Notes under the pieces: generated by a model | Seen by the model: only the letters and a program-made list of their open reading frames with translations | What the model was told of the DNA's origin: nothing | Databases searched by the model: none | In this document: positions 26,155-34,934 of the stretch, one piece after another | Layout: each line of letters begins with the position of its first letter | Numbering within the stretch: position 1 is the first letter of the stretch | Made by a program: the position numbers and the translations under genes | Origin: Xanthomonas phage Xoo-sp14 | Reading direction: 5' to 3' (one strand) | DNA length: 40,000 bases | Sequence record: MT939492.1

Positions 26155-28266
26155 ATGTCCGAGCATTCGCCCAACTTCAACAACCCCCAGGGTCGTGAAC
26201 AGTTGGTCCCACAGTTGCTGGGGTTGAGTTCGCTCAACAGCTTCCCAGCAGAAACCTCATCCTCACGTGCGCAGATGTGGACATCGCACATGGGGCAGAC
26301 CCAGGTAGTATCCGGTTCTTGTCCACCTGTCATCGCCACCGGCACGGAGTGGGATTACGGGCAGTACACCTTCAACATCAAGATGCCGTGCAACGCGATC
26401 ATTCGCAAAGTCATTCCCAAGTACAACACGCGTACGGTCGGTTACGAGTCCATCCGCGAGAACCCATCCACCCTGGTGATCTTCGAGGATGCTGACAGCC
26501 GAGCTGGTCGTCTTGACTGCATCGAGATCCCGCGACACTGCATCCACCACCAGCACTTCGGCTTCGTCTATGTCCCCACCTCTGCTGAGAAGCAGTTGTA
26601 CGAAGGGGCCAAGATCGCCAAGGGCACGATCATCGCCGACTCGCCGAACGTGGACAAGGACGGCGAATACAACTTCGGCATCGAGGCGCAGGTTGCCCTG
26701 ATGTCGCTCCCCGGGGTCATCGAGGACGGTATCATCGTCTCCGAAGATTTCCTGGAGAAGATCACCTCCGTCGGTATCGAGACCCGTACCTTCAGCTTCG
26801 GCAAGAAGCGCTTCCCGCTCAACATGTATGGCCGTGACTCGGGGGACTATCGTCCTTTCCCGGAGATCGGTCAGTCGGTTGGGGAGGACGGCATCGTGTG
26901 CGCCATGCGCGAGTACGATCCGATCCTGGCTCCGATCCACATGTCGCCTCAAGCCCTGCGTACTCCGGATGCACCGCATGACGACGTGATCTACGCCCCT
27001 CCTGGCGCAGTCGTTCGCGATATCCAGGTGTGGCACGACAACCGTCGCACGTCGGCACCGCCCACTCCAGTGGGCATGGAAGTACAACCGGCACGCTATC
27101 ACTCGGCCGCCTCGCGCTATTACAAGGCGATCGTGGATACGGTTGAAGGCATCGAGCGTGAGCGCAAGCGTTCGGGTATCCCGTTCGCTCTGGGCGATCG
27201 ACTGGAAGAAGTGATGGTCAAGGCCATTGCTGACGACCCAGGCAACGGTGGTGACCAGAAGATCACCTACACCTACCGCAACGAACCGCTGGATGACTGG
27301 CGTGTTGAGATCACCCTGGAATACAAGGTGGTCCCGGACATCGGCTCCAAGGCAACCGGGCAGGATGGTGACAAGGGCGTCTTCGTGGAAGTGCGCAAGC
27401 GTGAAGAAATGCCGGTTGACATGCACGGCAATCGCGCCGACATCATCATGGACGGTGAGTCGGGCATCAAGCGCATGAACATGGGGCGTCTGTATCGCCA
27501 GTACTTCGCATCGTCGTGTCTGTATCACACCGGCGTGGTGCGGGACATGTACGACAAGAAGGTGCCGATCCAGGAGATCTGGGATTTCGTGATGGGCTAC
27601 TACGCCATCTGTTCCCCGGTCAAGCATCGCCTGTTGTCCAGCGCCAGCTACGAAGGTAGCCCGGAGGAGCACATCGAGTCCATCGTGCGGGATCAGATTC
27701 GTCTGACCATCCCCTGCGACAACCCGGTACGTTCCATCGACATGGTGCGTCAGCTGGAAAAGGAATACCCCACTCCGTACGGACCGGTGACCTTCATCGG
27801 CAAGCGCGGCACCAAGATCACCACCAAGAACAAGGTGCGCATCGGTGGGTTGTACATCCTGATCCTGGAGAAGACTGGTAATGACTGGGCGGCAGTATCG
27901 TCCGGCAAGACCAGCCACTTCGGCTTCCCGGCCAAGCGTACTCAGCGCGATCGTTACAGTGAACCGGGTCGTACTGGCTCCACTCGTGTGGCGGGTGAGG
28001 CCGAGAGTCGTCTCGTTGAGGCGATCACGCAGGGTACGTTTGCAGAGCTGATCGAGCAGTCCAACAGTCCGGTGACCCACGGCAACATCGTGTACAACCT
28101 GCTGACCCACCCAACCCCGAGCAACATGGACTCGGTGGTGGACCGCAACATCGCCCCGCGTGGCCAGGGACGCAATCTGCGCTTCCCGAAGCACATCTTC
28201 GGATGCTTCGGCTTCAGGATGATTCAGGTTGATCCGGAATCCGGTGAAACCCTCCAGCGTCTGTGA
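26155..28266 (+). CDS. Multisubunit RNA polymerase beta subunit, C-terminal portion
   Basis: EYKVVPDIGSKATGQDGDKGVFVEVRKREEMPVDMHGNRADIIMDGESGIKRMNMGRLY matches the beta block GDKxxGRHGxKGVxSxI..EDMPyxxxGxpvDiilNPlGvpSRMNiGQi. The later TRVAGEAESRLVEAI matches the beta 'GEME' region. Confidence 0.88.
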   Translation: MSEHSPNFNNPQGREQLVPQLLGLSSLNSFPAETSSSRAQMWTSHMGQTQVVSGSCPPVIATGTEWDYGQYTFNIKMPCNAIIRKVIPKYNTRTVGYESIRENPSTLVIFEDADSRAGRLDCIEIPRHCIHHQHFGFVYVPTSAEKQLYEGAKIAKGTIIADSPNVDKDGEYNFGIEAQVALMSLPGVIEDGIIVSEDFLEKITSVGIETRTFSFGKKRFPLNMYGRDSGDYRPFPEIGQSVGEDGIVCAMREYDPILAPIHMSPQALRTPDAPHDDVIYAPPGAVVRDIQVWHDNRRTSAPPTPVGMEVQPARYHSAASRYYKAIVDTVEGIERERKRSGIPFALGDRLEEVMVKAIADDPGNGGDQKITYTYRNEPLDDWRVEITLEYKVVPDIGSKATGQDGDKGVFVEVRKREEMPVDMHGNRADIIMDGESGIKRMNMGRLYRQYFASSCLYHTGVVRDMYDKKVPIQEIWDFVMGYYAICSPVKHRLLSSASYEGSPEEHIESIVRDQIRLTIPCDNPVRSIDMVRQLEKEYPTPYGPVTFIGKRGTKITTKNKVRIGGLYILILEKTGNDWAAVSSGKTSHFGFPAKRTQRDRYSEPGRTGSTRVAGEAESRLVEAITQGTFAELIEQSNSPVTHGNIVYNLLTHPTPSNMDSVVDRNIAPRGQGRNLRFPKHIFGCFGFRMIQVDPESGETLQRL

Positions 28267-28271
28267 GGACT

Positions 28272-30224
28272 ATGAGCAAGTATTACAAGGCAAGGGACAT
28301 CGCTGCGATGTCCCACGACGAACTCTGGGAAATCCCCGATGGCCTGCACGAGGTCGAGTTCGACGACGGTGTTACCGAGGTCAAGGGTCGATACCTGATC
28401 CTGTCTTCCTATGTCTGGCGATTCGTGAACGAGTGGCCTGAGACGCCGCTGCTGAAAGCGCACCTGTATACGGCCAAGGAGTTCTCCAACAAGGACTTCC
28501 TCAAGCTGTTGGGTACGATGTTGTTCAACGTGTTCGACACGTACGACATGAAGCGCGAGCCGGCTGATATCGAGGATCTGTGCAAGTTCCTGTACGAGAT
28601 CGTCAACACGGTCTACAACAACTTCACGCTGAACTGTGAAGAGAACGCGACCTCGCTCGATATCCTGGACCTGATCGAGGTGGTTGACTACCCCGAGATC
28701 GCAGCGGCCAAGGCAGCAGCACTACCCACCCAGCGCGGTATCAAGAAGGCCCACGCGGCTATCAAGGACTCGCTGATGGATGCCGAAGGGCTGTCCCACA
28801 ACGCCACTGCGAAGATCGCGCGGCGTCTGGTGGCACCCATCGATCAGATCATCCAGTGTATCGGTCCTCGTGGCTTCATTACCGATATCGCATCGGTGAC
28901 GTTCCGCGAACCGGTGATGTCCGGCTACATCGAAGGTCTGAACACGCTGTACGAGTTCATGATCGAGGCGCAGTCGGCATCCAAGTCGCTGTTGTTCAAC
29001 AAGGATCCGTTGGCCGACTCGGAGTACCACAACCGTAAGCAGCAGCTGTCTGCGAACGTGGTGCGCCGTGTGGAGCGTGGTGACTGCGGTACGCCGTACT
29101 ACACCAACTTCAACATCAAGGCCAGTGACCTTCGCGCGTTCGCCGGCAAGTACTACTACGACAACGACGGCAAGCTGCAGATCCTGAAGGAAACCGATCG
29201 CCATCTGCATGGCGCCAAGATCAAGATGCGCTCGGTGCCTCACTGCCAGCACAAGGATCACGGTACGGTCTGTTCGACGTGCTTTGGCGAGCTGTGGATC
29301 TCCATCCCGCGTGACACCAATCTGGGCCACGTGGCGGCGACGGTCTTCTGTAAGCTGATCTCCCAGCTGATCCTGTCCACCAAGCATCTGGATAGCAATG
29401 CTTCGGTGGATGAGATCCACATCAGCGACATGGACAAGCTGTATATCCAGGTGGCCGATGACCCCAACCAGATTCAGTTCACCGAGCTGATGGGGCGACA
29501 GAAGTTCAAGATGGTGATCCATGCATCGGAAGCCAAGTACCTGTCCGACGTCAACTTCGTGTCGGAAGTGGATCAGTTGCCGATCTCTCGTATGAGTGAG
29601 ATGACCGCTGTAAAATTGGTTATCGGCGAAGGATCCAATGTACAGGTCATGGTCGTGCCGGTCGAGATGAATGGCCGAAAGGCCTACTTGACCTACGACA
29701 TCTTGGACTACATCAAGCGCAAGAGCTGGACGATCAACCACGAAGGCAACATCGTGATTGACATGTCCGAGTTCGATGTGGAGAAGCCAGCTTTCGAGCT
29801 GCCGCAGCGCCACATCAACATGGTCGACTACATGCGCTGGATGGAAGCGTTCCTGCGATCCTCTGGTCGCTCCGAGCGCAAGAAGCTGGGCATCGAGAAG
29901 CGTCGCGTGCTGAGTGACTTCAACAGCATCGATGCGGCTCTGGCTGAACTGTACGAGATGGCCAGCTCCAAGCTGACCGTCCCGATCGCCTACCTGGAGG
30001 TTCTGATGTACTCCACCATGGTGCGTGATCCGGAGAACCGGGACCATCGTCTGCCCAAGGGCGGTGACCCGATTCACTTCGGTACGTTCGGCGACAACAT
30101 GACCCGCCGATCCCTGACCGGCATCCTTGCCTATCAGGATCAGATCGGTTCCATCACCAACATCGAGTCCTACATCCTGCGGCATCGCCCGCCGCACGTT
30201 CTGGACGAAATGGTAATTGGCTGA
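28272..30224 (+). CDS. Multisubunit RNA polymerase beta' subunit, C-terminal portion (copy A)
   Basis: SGYIEGLNTLYEFMIEAQSASKSLLFNKDPLADSEYHNRKQQLSANVVRRVERGDCGTPY (bridge-helix/trigger-loop-like), then HCQHKDHGTVCSTCFGELW and NLGHVAATVFCKLISQLILSTKHLDS (equivalent to [25 protein letters not shown]). Confidence 0.85.
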   Translation: MSKYYKARDIAAMSHDELWEIPDGLHEVEFDDGVTEVKGRYLILSSYVWRFVNEWPETPLLKAHLYTAKEFSNKDFLKLLGTMLFNVFDTYDMKREPADIEDLCKFLYEIVNTVYNNFTLNCEENATSLDILDLIEVVDYPEIAAAKAAALPTQRGIKKAHAAIKDSLMDAEGLSHNATAKIARRLVAPIDQIIQCIGPRGFITDIASVTFREPVMSGYIEGLNTLYEFMIEAQSASKSLLFNKDPLADSEYHNRKQQLSANVVRRVERGDCGTPYYTNFNIKASDLRAFAGKYYYDNDGKLQILKETDRHLHGAKIKMRSVPHCQHKDHGTVCSTCFGELWISIPRDTNLGHVAATVFCKLISQLILSTKHLDSNASVDEIHISDMDKLYIQVADDPNQIQFTELMGRQKFKMVIHASEAKYLSDVNFVSEVDQLPISRMSEMTAVKLVIGEGSNVQVMVVPVEMNGRKAYLTYDILDYIKRKSWTINHEGNIVIDMSEFDVEKPAFELPQRHINMVDYMRWMEAFLRSSGRSERKKLGIEKRRVLSDFNSIDAALAELYEMASSKLTVPIAYLEVLMYSTMVRDPENRDHRLPKGGDPIHFGTFGDNMTRRSLTGILAYQDQIGSITNIESYILRHRPPHVLDEMVIG

Positions 30225-30230
30225 CTGTAA

Positions 30231-30253
30231 GGGGGCTGGGTCGCCCAGCCCCC
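30231..30253 (+). terminator. Terminator-like hairpin
   Basis: GGGGGCTGGG-TCG-CCCAGCCCCC just after the stop at 30224. Confidence 0.6.
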
Positions 30254-30282
30254 TCAACGAGAGCAACCCTGGAGTTATTGCA

Positions 30283-30531
30283 ATGAATGGCAAGAAAAAC
30301 TGCTGCGACATTATCGAGGCCTGTTCCGACGTTGTCAGGAACCCCACTCTTGAGGGTGTCCGACAGGTTCGGGAAATGATGGAAGAACAGGGGATTCGTT
30401 CGGAGGAGGTGTTGAGCGATCAGCAGATCCTCGACAGGCTCAAGGTTTCCCCCTTCGCTGAACGCGAAAGCAAGCCCGCGCGTCCGGCAGAAATTGAGGC
30501 ACCGCCCTTGGTGCCCGTGCATAGTTTCTAA
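30283..30531 (+). CDS. Uncharacterised small phage protein
   Basis: MNGKKNCCDIIEACSDVVRNPTLEGVRQVREMMEEQGIRSEEV... GGAG ribosome-binding site; bounded by hairpins on both sides. Confidence 0.6.
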   Translation: MNGKKNCCDIIEACSDVVRNPTLEGVRQVREMMEEQGIRSEEVLSDQQILDRLKVSPFAERESKPARPAEIEAPPLVPVHSF

Positions 30532-30543
30532 AACCTCTGGAAA

Positions 30544-30561
30544 GGGGGACTTCGGTCCCCC
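30544..30561 (+). terminator. Terminator-like hairpin
   Basis: GGGGGAC-TTCG-GTCCCCC. Confidence 0.55.
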
Positions 30562-30598
30562 ATGACCACGGGGTAAGTTTTTTCTTTTGGAGATATCC

Positions 30599-32131
30599 GT
30601 GGATCAGTCCGGTTACGCGATGCGCATCGACGTCTACACGCATTACGTGAAGGCGACTAAGTTCGACACCATGGGCAAGACGGCGCTCTTTGAGTTCGCC
30701 ATTGCGCAAGGTATCCGTGGGTGGAAGCCCATCGGACGCGGCAAGTCAATCCAGTGCATCACTTCGATCTTCGCTGCGGCGACCAAAGATAGATCGGAGT
30801 TCCGGTTCCACATCAATCACTACGAAGCGCTGAAGCGCCACTTGGTAGCCTACGACCTCGGTCCGAACAAGATCGAAGAAGTGCACCATGGTGAGTATAT
30901 CCCGGCGATCGCGAACTTCGTCAAGATTTCAGATAAGAGCCTGTTTGACTATCAGGTTCCGCTTCACGAGTATTTCATTGCCGATGGCAAGACCAAGGTC
31001 GTCACCCTCCAGACCGGTAAGGGTAAGACCATGTTGTTCTTGGAGTCGGTCTACAAGCTCAAGAAACGTGTCTTGCTGATCATCCGCCCCAAGTTCATCG
31101 ACAAGTGGATTCTCGACTTCCGTGAGATGTTCAAGGAAACCGACACGTCGTTGGCGGTCATCCGTGGCGGCGCAGCTTTGTCCAATATGCTGCAGGCCTG
31201 CGTGGACGGCACCTTCGATGTCGACTTCACGATCATCTCCAACAAGACCTACCAGCTGTGGATCAAAGACTGGGAGCACACACGCGGCTCCTCTGGCGAC
31301 TATCCGCTGTCACCGGACATGCTGTGCGAGGCGACGAAGGCTGGCGTCATTGCAGTCGATGAGGTGCACCTGGACTTCCATCTGAACTTCAAGATGGACC
31401 TGTACACCCACGGCGCCAAGTCGATGAACATGTCGGCAACGTTGGTCAGCGGTAACCCGAAGATCACCGAGATGTATCAGGTCAAGTTCCCCAAGTTGGA
31501 ACGTTCGCCTGAAATCGAATACGACAAGTACATTGCAGTGACAGCGTTGTCCTACACGATGCTGTCGCAGAAGGGCATGCGCTTCAAGCGAAGCATGGGT
31601 TACTCCCATACTGCGTTTGAAGAGTCGATCATGAAGGACAAGGAGCGCCTGAGGCATTACCTGACCATGATCGCAGGCATCACCAAGACCACCTACATCA
31701 ATCGCATGGTGCCGGGCAAGAAGATGTTGATCTTCGCCTCCACCGTTGAGATGTGCACTCTGATCACCAAGTTCATCGATCCGATGTTCCCCGATCAGAA
31801 GGTCAACCGCTACGTTGGTGAGGACGACTACGCCGATCTGCACACCGCTGACATTGTGGTGAGTACGATCCAGTCGGCTGGTACGGCCGTCGACGTTGAT
31901 GGCCTGTGGGTGGTTCTGATGACCGACTCCATTGACTCGATCCAATCCAACTTGCAGGTACTTGGTCGCCTGCGCAAGATGAAGGGTCAGTTCCTCGGTG
32001 TGACGCCGGAGTTCTACTACATCTTCTGCAATCAGATTGAAAAGCAAGTCCAGTATCACATGAACAAGTTGGAGCATTTCTCCGGCCGTGTGATCGGACA
32101 TCGAACCTTGCTTACCTCCTACAAGGTGTAA
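30599..32131 (+). CDS. SF2 DNA/RNA helicase (UvsW/RecG-like DExH class)
   Basis: TLQTGKGKTMLFLESV (Walker A), LLIIRPKFIDKW (Ia), GVIAVDEVHLDFH (DEVH box), SMNMSATLVSG (SAT), VVSTIQSAGTAVDV and QVLGRLRKMKGQF (motifs V/VI). GTG start with GGAG upstream. Confidence 0.93.
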   Translation: MDQSGYAMRIDVYTHYVKATKFDTMGKTALFEFAIAQGIRGWKPIGRGKSIQCITSIFAAATKDRSEFRFHINHYEALKRHLVAYDLGPNKIEEVHHGEYIPAIANFVKISDKSLFDYQVPLHEYFIADGKTKVVTLQTGKGKTMLFLESVYKLKKRVLLIIRPKFIDKWILDFREMFKETDTSLAVIRGGAALSNMLQACVDGTFDVDFTIISNKTYQLWIKDWEHTRGSSGDYPLSPDMLCEATKAGVIAVDEVHLDFHLNFKMDLYTHGAKSMNMSATLVSGNPKITEMYQVKFPKLERSPEIEYDKYIAVTALSYTMLSQKGMRFKRSMGYSHTAFEESIMKDKERLRHYLTMIAGITKTTYINRMVPGKKMLIFASTVEMCTLITKFIDPMFPDQKVNRYVGEDDYADLHTADIVVSTIQSAGTAVDVDGLWVVLMTDSIDSIQSNLQVLGRLRKMKGQFLGVTPEFYYIFCNQIEKQVQYHMNKLEHFSGRVIGHRTLLTSYKV

Positions 32132-32132
32132 C

Positions 32133-32762
32133 ATGGAAACGAAAGAATCGACCGTGTTGGTTTACGGCGAGCAGATCCGGGGTGGCGCAAGTCCCCCGGT
32201 CACCCATACTCCCACTGAGAAAGACTGGCGGGAGTACATGGACGAATGCCGGGACACGGCCAAGGCGCCTCTGTCCATGCATCCTGAGCACTACAAGCCG
32301 CGCTGGATGGCGATGCTGATCCACAAGCCTCGCCTGATCTCGATCGCGGCAGCATTGGCTGATGATGACTTCGTGAAAGAAGACTGGCGTCAGTACAACA
32401 AGCTTGGCGATCTGCACACCGGTATCAAGCGTGCGCTGACGGGCATGGCCTACATGCTCGGTCCGGACACCACGATGAAGATGATGCAGCTCAATGGGCG
32501 TGCTTTCATCTCGGCTGCACTGACCACGCTGGATATGGAGACCTCGCCCGGCGAGAACCCCGCACTGAACATGCTCGGGTTCATCATGAGCGAAGCCTCC
32601 GTGGAGCTGTACCCGACTGATCCTCGCTGTGGTTTCATCCACCTCTGCGGGCAGGTTGGTATCCCCTTCCGCTTCATCTCGGTCATCAAGCCCATCGTGG
32701 ATGATTACCTCGATGCGCACGATGATGTTACCGACGAATGCGGTAGCCTGATTTCCTCGTAA
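32133..32762 (+). CDS. Uncharacterised phage protein
   Basis: 209 aa: METKESTVLVYGEQIRGGASPPVTHTPTEKDWREYMDE... Starts immediately after the helicase stop. Confidence 0.85.
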   Translation: METKESTVLVYGEQIRGGASPPVTHTPTEKDWREYMDECRDTAKAPLSMHPEHYKPRWMAMLIHKPRLISIAAALADDDFVKEDWRQYNKLGDLHTGIKRALTGMAYMLGPDTTMKMMQLNGRAFISAALTTLDMETSPGENPALNMLGFIMSEASVELYPTDPRCGFIHLCGQVGIPFRFISVIKPIVDDYLDAHDDVTDECGSLISS

Positions 32763-32770
32763 GAACATAA

Positions 32771-32792
32771 GCCCCTCCCGGATGGGAGGGGC
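32771..32792 (+). terminator. Terminator-like hairpin flanked by CATA and TATG
   Basis: GCCCCTCCC-GGAT-GGGAGGGGC. CATA at 32766-32769, TATG at 32795-32798. Confidence 0.7.
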
Positions 32793-32828
32793 GCTATGCT
32801 GTAACTTAACCAAGGAGCAATACGAAAG

Positions 32829-34397
32829 ATGTCGATGTCACATGAAGCACTGACCCTGCGCGCAAGCCTGATCCGTCTGCAAACCGTGATTGGCCTGATG
32901 CTCGAAACTGGCGCTACGGTCACCGAAGAGCACATGCAGGAACTTACCAAGTACATGGGCGAAGTTGGCTTCGTCAATGAAACCTGCCTGTGGGAGCGCG
33001 CGATTGCTCTGCTCAATACCGGGGTGTACGTCGGTAATACGCGTCCTGCCCCAGGCACTGAACTGGGCGACAAACTACATGCCGCAGCTGTGCGTGCCGG
33101 AGATGCTAACATTAAAGCCGTGTTTAGTATCTCCGACTCTCTCAAGAAGATTACCGGCGGTAAGGAGTACTCGCATGGCGATTTCCATCAGCACCTGCGC
33201 AGCAATGTCGAATACCAGGCCGATCGTTTCCTGAGTGGTCATCCGGTGGAGATCCAGATTCCGCCAACGCCGGAGTGCTACAATAAGGTGACCCTGCGCA
33301 ATCAGGCACTCGTCCAGTATCTGTTCGATACCATCCCCACGATCAGGAAGATCGTTGCCTACAACGACCAGATCGGTGTCTCTACCTGGTACGAGTTCCC
33401 GAGGTCGATTGTACAGGTGCGTATCGAAAACATTGATGGCGCCAAGTTGACGTTCACGAAGACGGTTGATGAGAAGCTGGTGCCGGGAACCAGGATCAGT
33501 CTTCCGTTCGAAGACAACTTCGAGAGCGACGAAATCCCGTACAAGAAGCTCGGGATGGAGCTGGTCCGCGATCTCCCCCTGCCACCGATCCAGGTTTTGG
33601 AGCGCGCCACTGAGCTGCTGGAATACTACCGTGACGATGCCGACAAGTACCACCCTACCAATGCAAACCTCGCCATGTGCCACGGGTTCTGGCTGACGCA
33701 GAATGAACTCGAAACTGACTTCCGTGGCAAGTACTTCATCGAGCTCAGCCTGGATCCGGTTAGCGACGAAGTTACGCTCGTTGTCAAGGATATGGACAAT
33801 GTCGAGCGCCTGACGGCAAAAGTTCCGCATCAGTACCGTAGTGATTCCATGCACTACACCTTCAATGATCCGAAGGCGGCAGTTGAGAAGGTCAAGGATC
33901 TGCTCTCCAAGGGCTTCATCCAAGGGAGCATTCAGTGGCCCACTGCCCGTAAGCTGGCAGCTGCAATGGCTACCAACGGCGTCAGGTTGATCATCAACGC
34001 CAAGGGCGACCCGAAGTATATCTACACCCTTGACCTGAACGAAGACACCGGCTTTGTTCTGCTGAAGATCGAAGACTTGGCAGGCAACGTGCTGCACGCC
34101 GCTCCCGTCATGGATCTGATGCACTTGGGCTCCCGTAACTGGGAAACGCCAGTGAAGGAGATGGCACTGGAACTCATCAACAGTGCTGGACAATGTTCCT
34201 TTGCTGACTGCCAGGCGGTGGAGAATGAACTGGCGAAGAAGTTCACCACCGAATACCTTGACCACAAGCTCAAGGGCTTCAAGATGGTGGGAGTACAGGC
34301 GTTCAAGTACGCCAACACCGGTAGGCCGTTCTTCATGGTCACCGTGACCGCAGACGCTTTGGAACAGCCCACCCTGTTCCCGGTCTACATGGACTAA
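32829..34397 (+). CDS. Uncharacterised phage protein
   Basis: 522 aa: MSMSHEALTLRASLIRLQTVIGLMLETGATVTEEHMQELTK... Confidence 0.88.
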   Translation: MSMSHEALTLRASLIRLQTVIGLMLETGATVTEEHMQELTKYMGEVGFVNETCLWERAIALLNTGVYVGNTRPAPGTELGDKLHAAAVRAGDANIKAVFSISDSLKKITGGKEYSHGDFHQHLRSNVEYQADRFLSGHPVEIQIPPTPECYNKVTLRNQALVQYLFDTIPTIRKIVAYNDQIGVSTWYEFPRSIVQVRIENIDGAKLTFTKTVDEKLVPGTRISLPFEDNFESDEIPYKKLGMELVRDLPLPPIQVLERATELLEYYRDDADKYHPTNANLAMCHGFWLTQNELETDFRGKYFIELSLDPVSDEVTLVVKDMDNVERLTAKVPHQYRSDSMHYTFNDPKAAVEKVKDLLSKGFIQGSIQWPTARKLAAAMATNGVRLIINAKGDPKYIYTLDLNEDTGFVLLKIEDLAGNVLHAAPVMDLMHLGSRNWETPVKEMALELINSAGQCSFADCQAVENELAKKFTTEYLDHKLKGFKMVGVQAFKYANTGRPFFMVTVTADALEQPTLFPVYMD

Positions 34398-34406
34398 GCG
34401 GACATA

Positions 34407-34432
34407 CTCCCCCTCCCGGTTGGGAGGGGGAG
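34407..34432. terminator. Terminator-like hairpin between convergent genes, flanked by CATA and TATG
   Basis: CTCCCCCTCCC-GGTT-GGGAGGGGGAG. CATA at 34403-34406, TATG at 34434-34437. Confidence 0.75.
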
Positions 34433-34455
34433 CTATGCCTGATGCTTTTTTTTTT

Positions 34456-34815
34456 CTACTTGCCGCCTTTTCCGCCGGAGGCTTCGCGTGCTGCGGCTTC
34501 GGCTGCCGCCTGCAACTTACTCTGCCGCTCCAACCAATCAGCATTGCTCTTGAACATAATCTCCGTCTCGCGACGAGTGAGCAGCAAGAACTCGCTCCAC
34601 GACACCCCGTATCGATCCTTGATACCGTTGATCATGTAACGATACATCTTGTGTTCCAACGGTCCATACGACCCGTACTGCTCTTTCGGATGCATGGCAA
34701 CAGCAGCCATCGGGCGCATGTCGCGCCCTTCACCTTGCTCGTCAAAACGAGAGTCGTGATGGAAGATGCCATAGAAGTCGTCGTACTCTTCCATGCACAT
34801 CAACTGGACCGACAT
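34456..34815 (-). CDS. Uncharacterised small protein, Ala/Gly/Lys-rich C-terminus
   Basis: MSVQLMCMEEYDDFYGIFHHDSRFDEQGEGRD...AAREASGGKGGK. AGGAGTGA-type ribosome-binding site. The ORF track extends it to 34884. Confidence 0.7.
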   Translation of the reverse strand: MSVQLMCMEEYDDFYGIFHHDSRFDEQGEGRDMRPMAAVAMHPKEQYGSYGPLEHKMYRYMINGIKDRYGVSWSEFLLLTRRETEIMFKSNADWLERQSKLQAAAEAAAREASGGKGGK

Positions 34816-34934
34816 TGAATCAACTTCACTCCTGACCGTAGCCAGGAGATGGTTGTGTGGTCCGTACTCATCAGTCTTGTCCAACCCGAAACGATCAAAG
34901 ACTACATGACCGTTCGGGTCGGCTTGTTCAAGGT

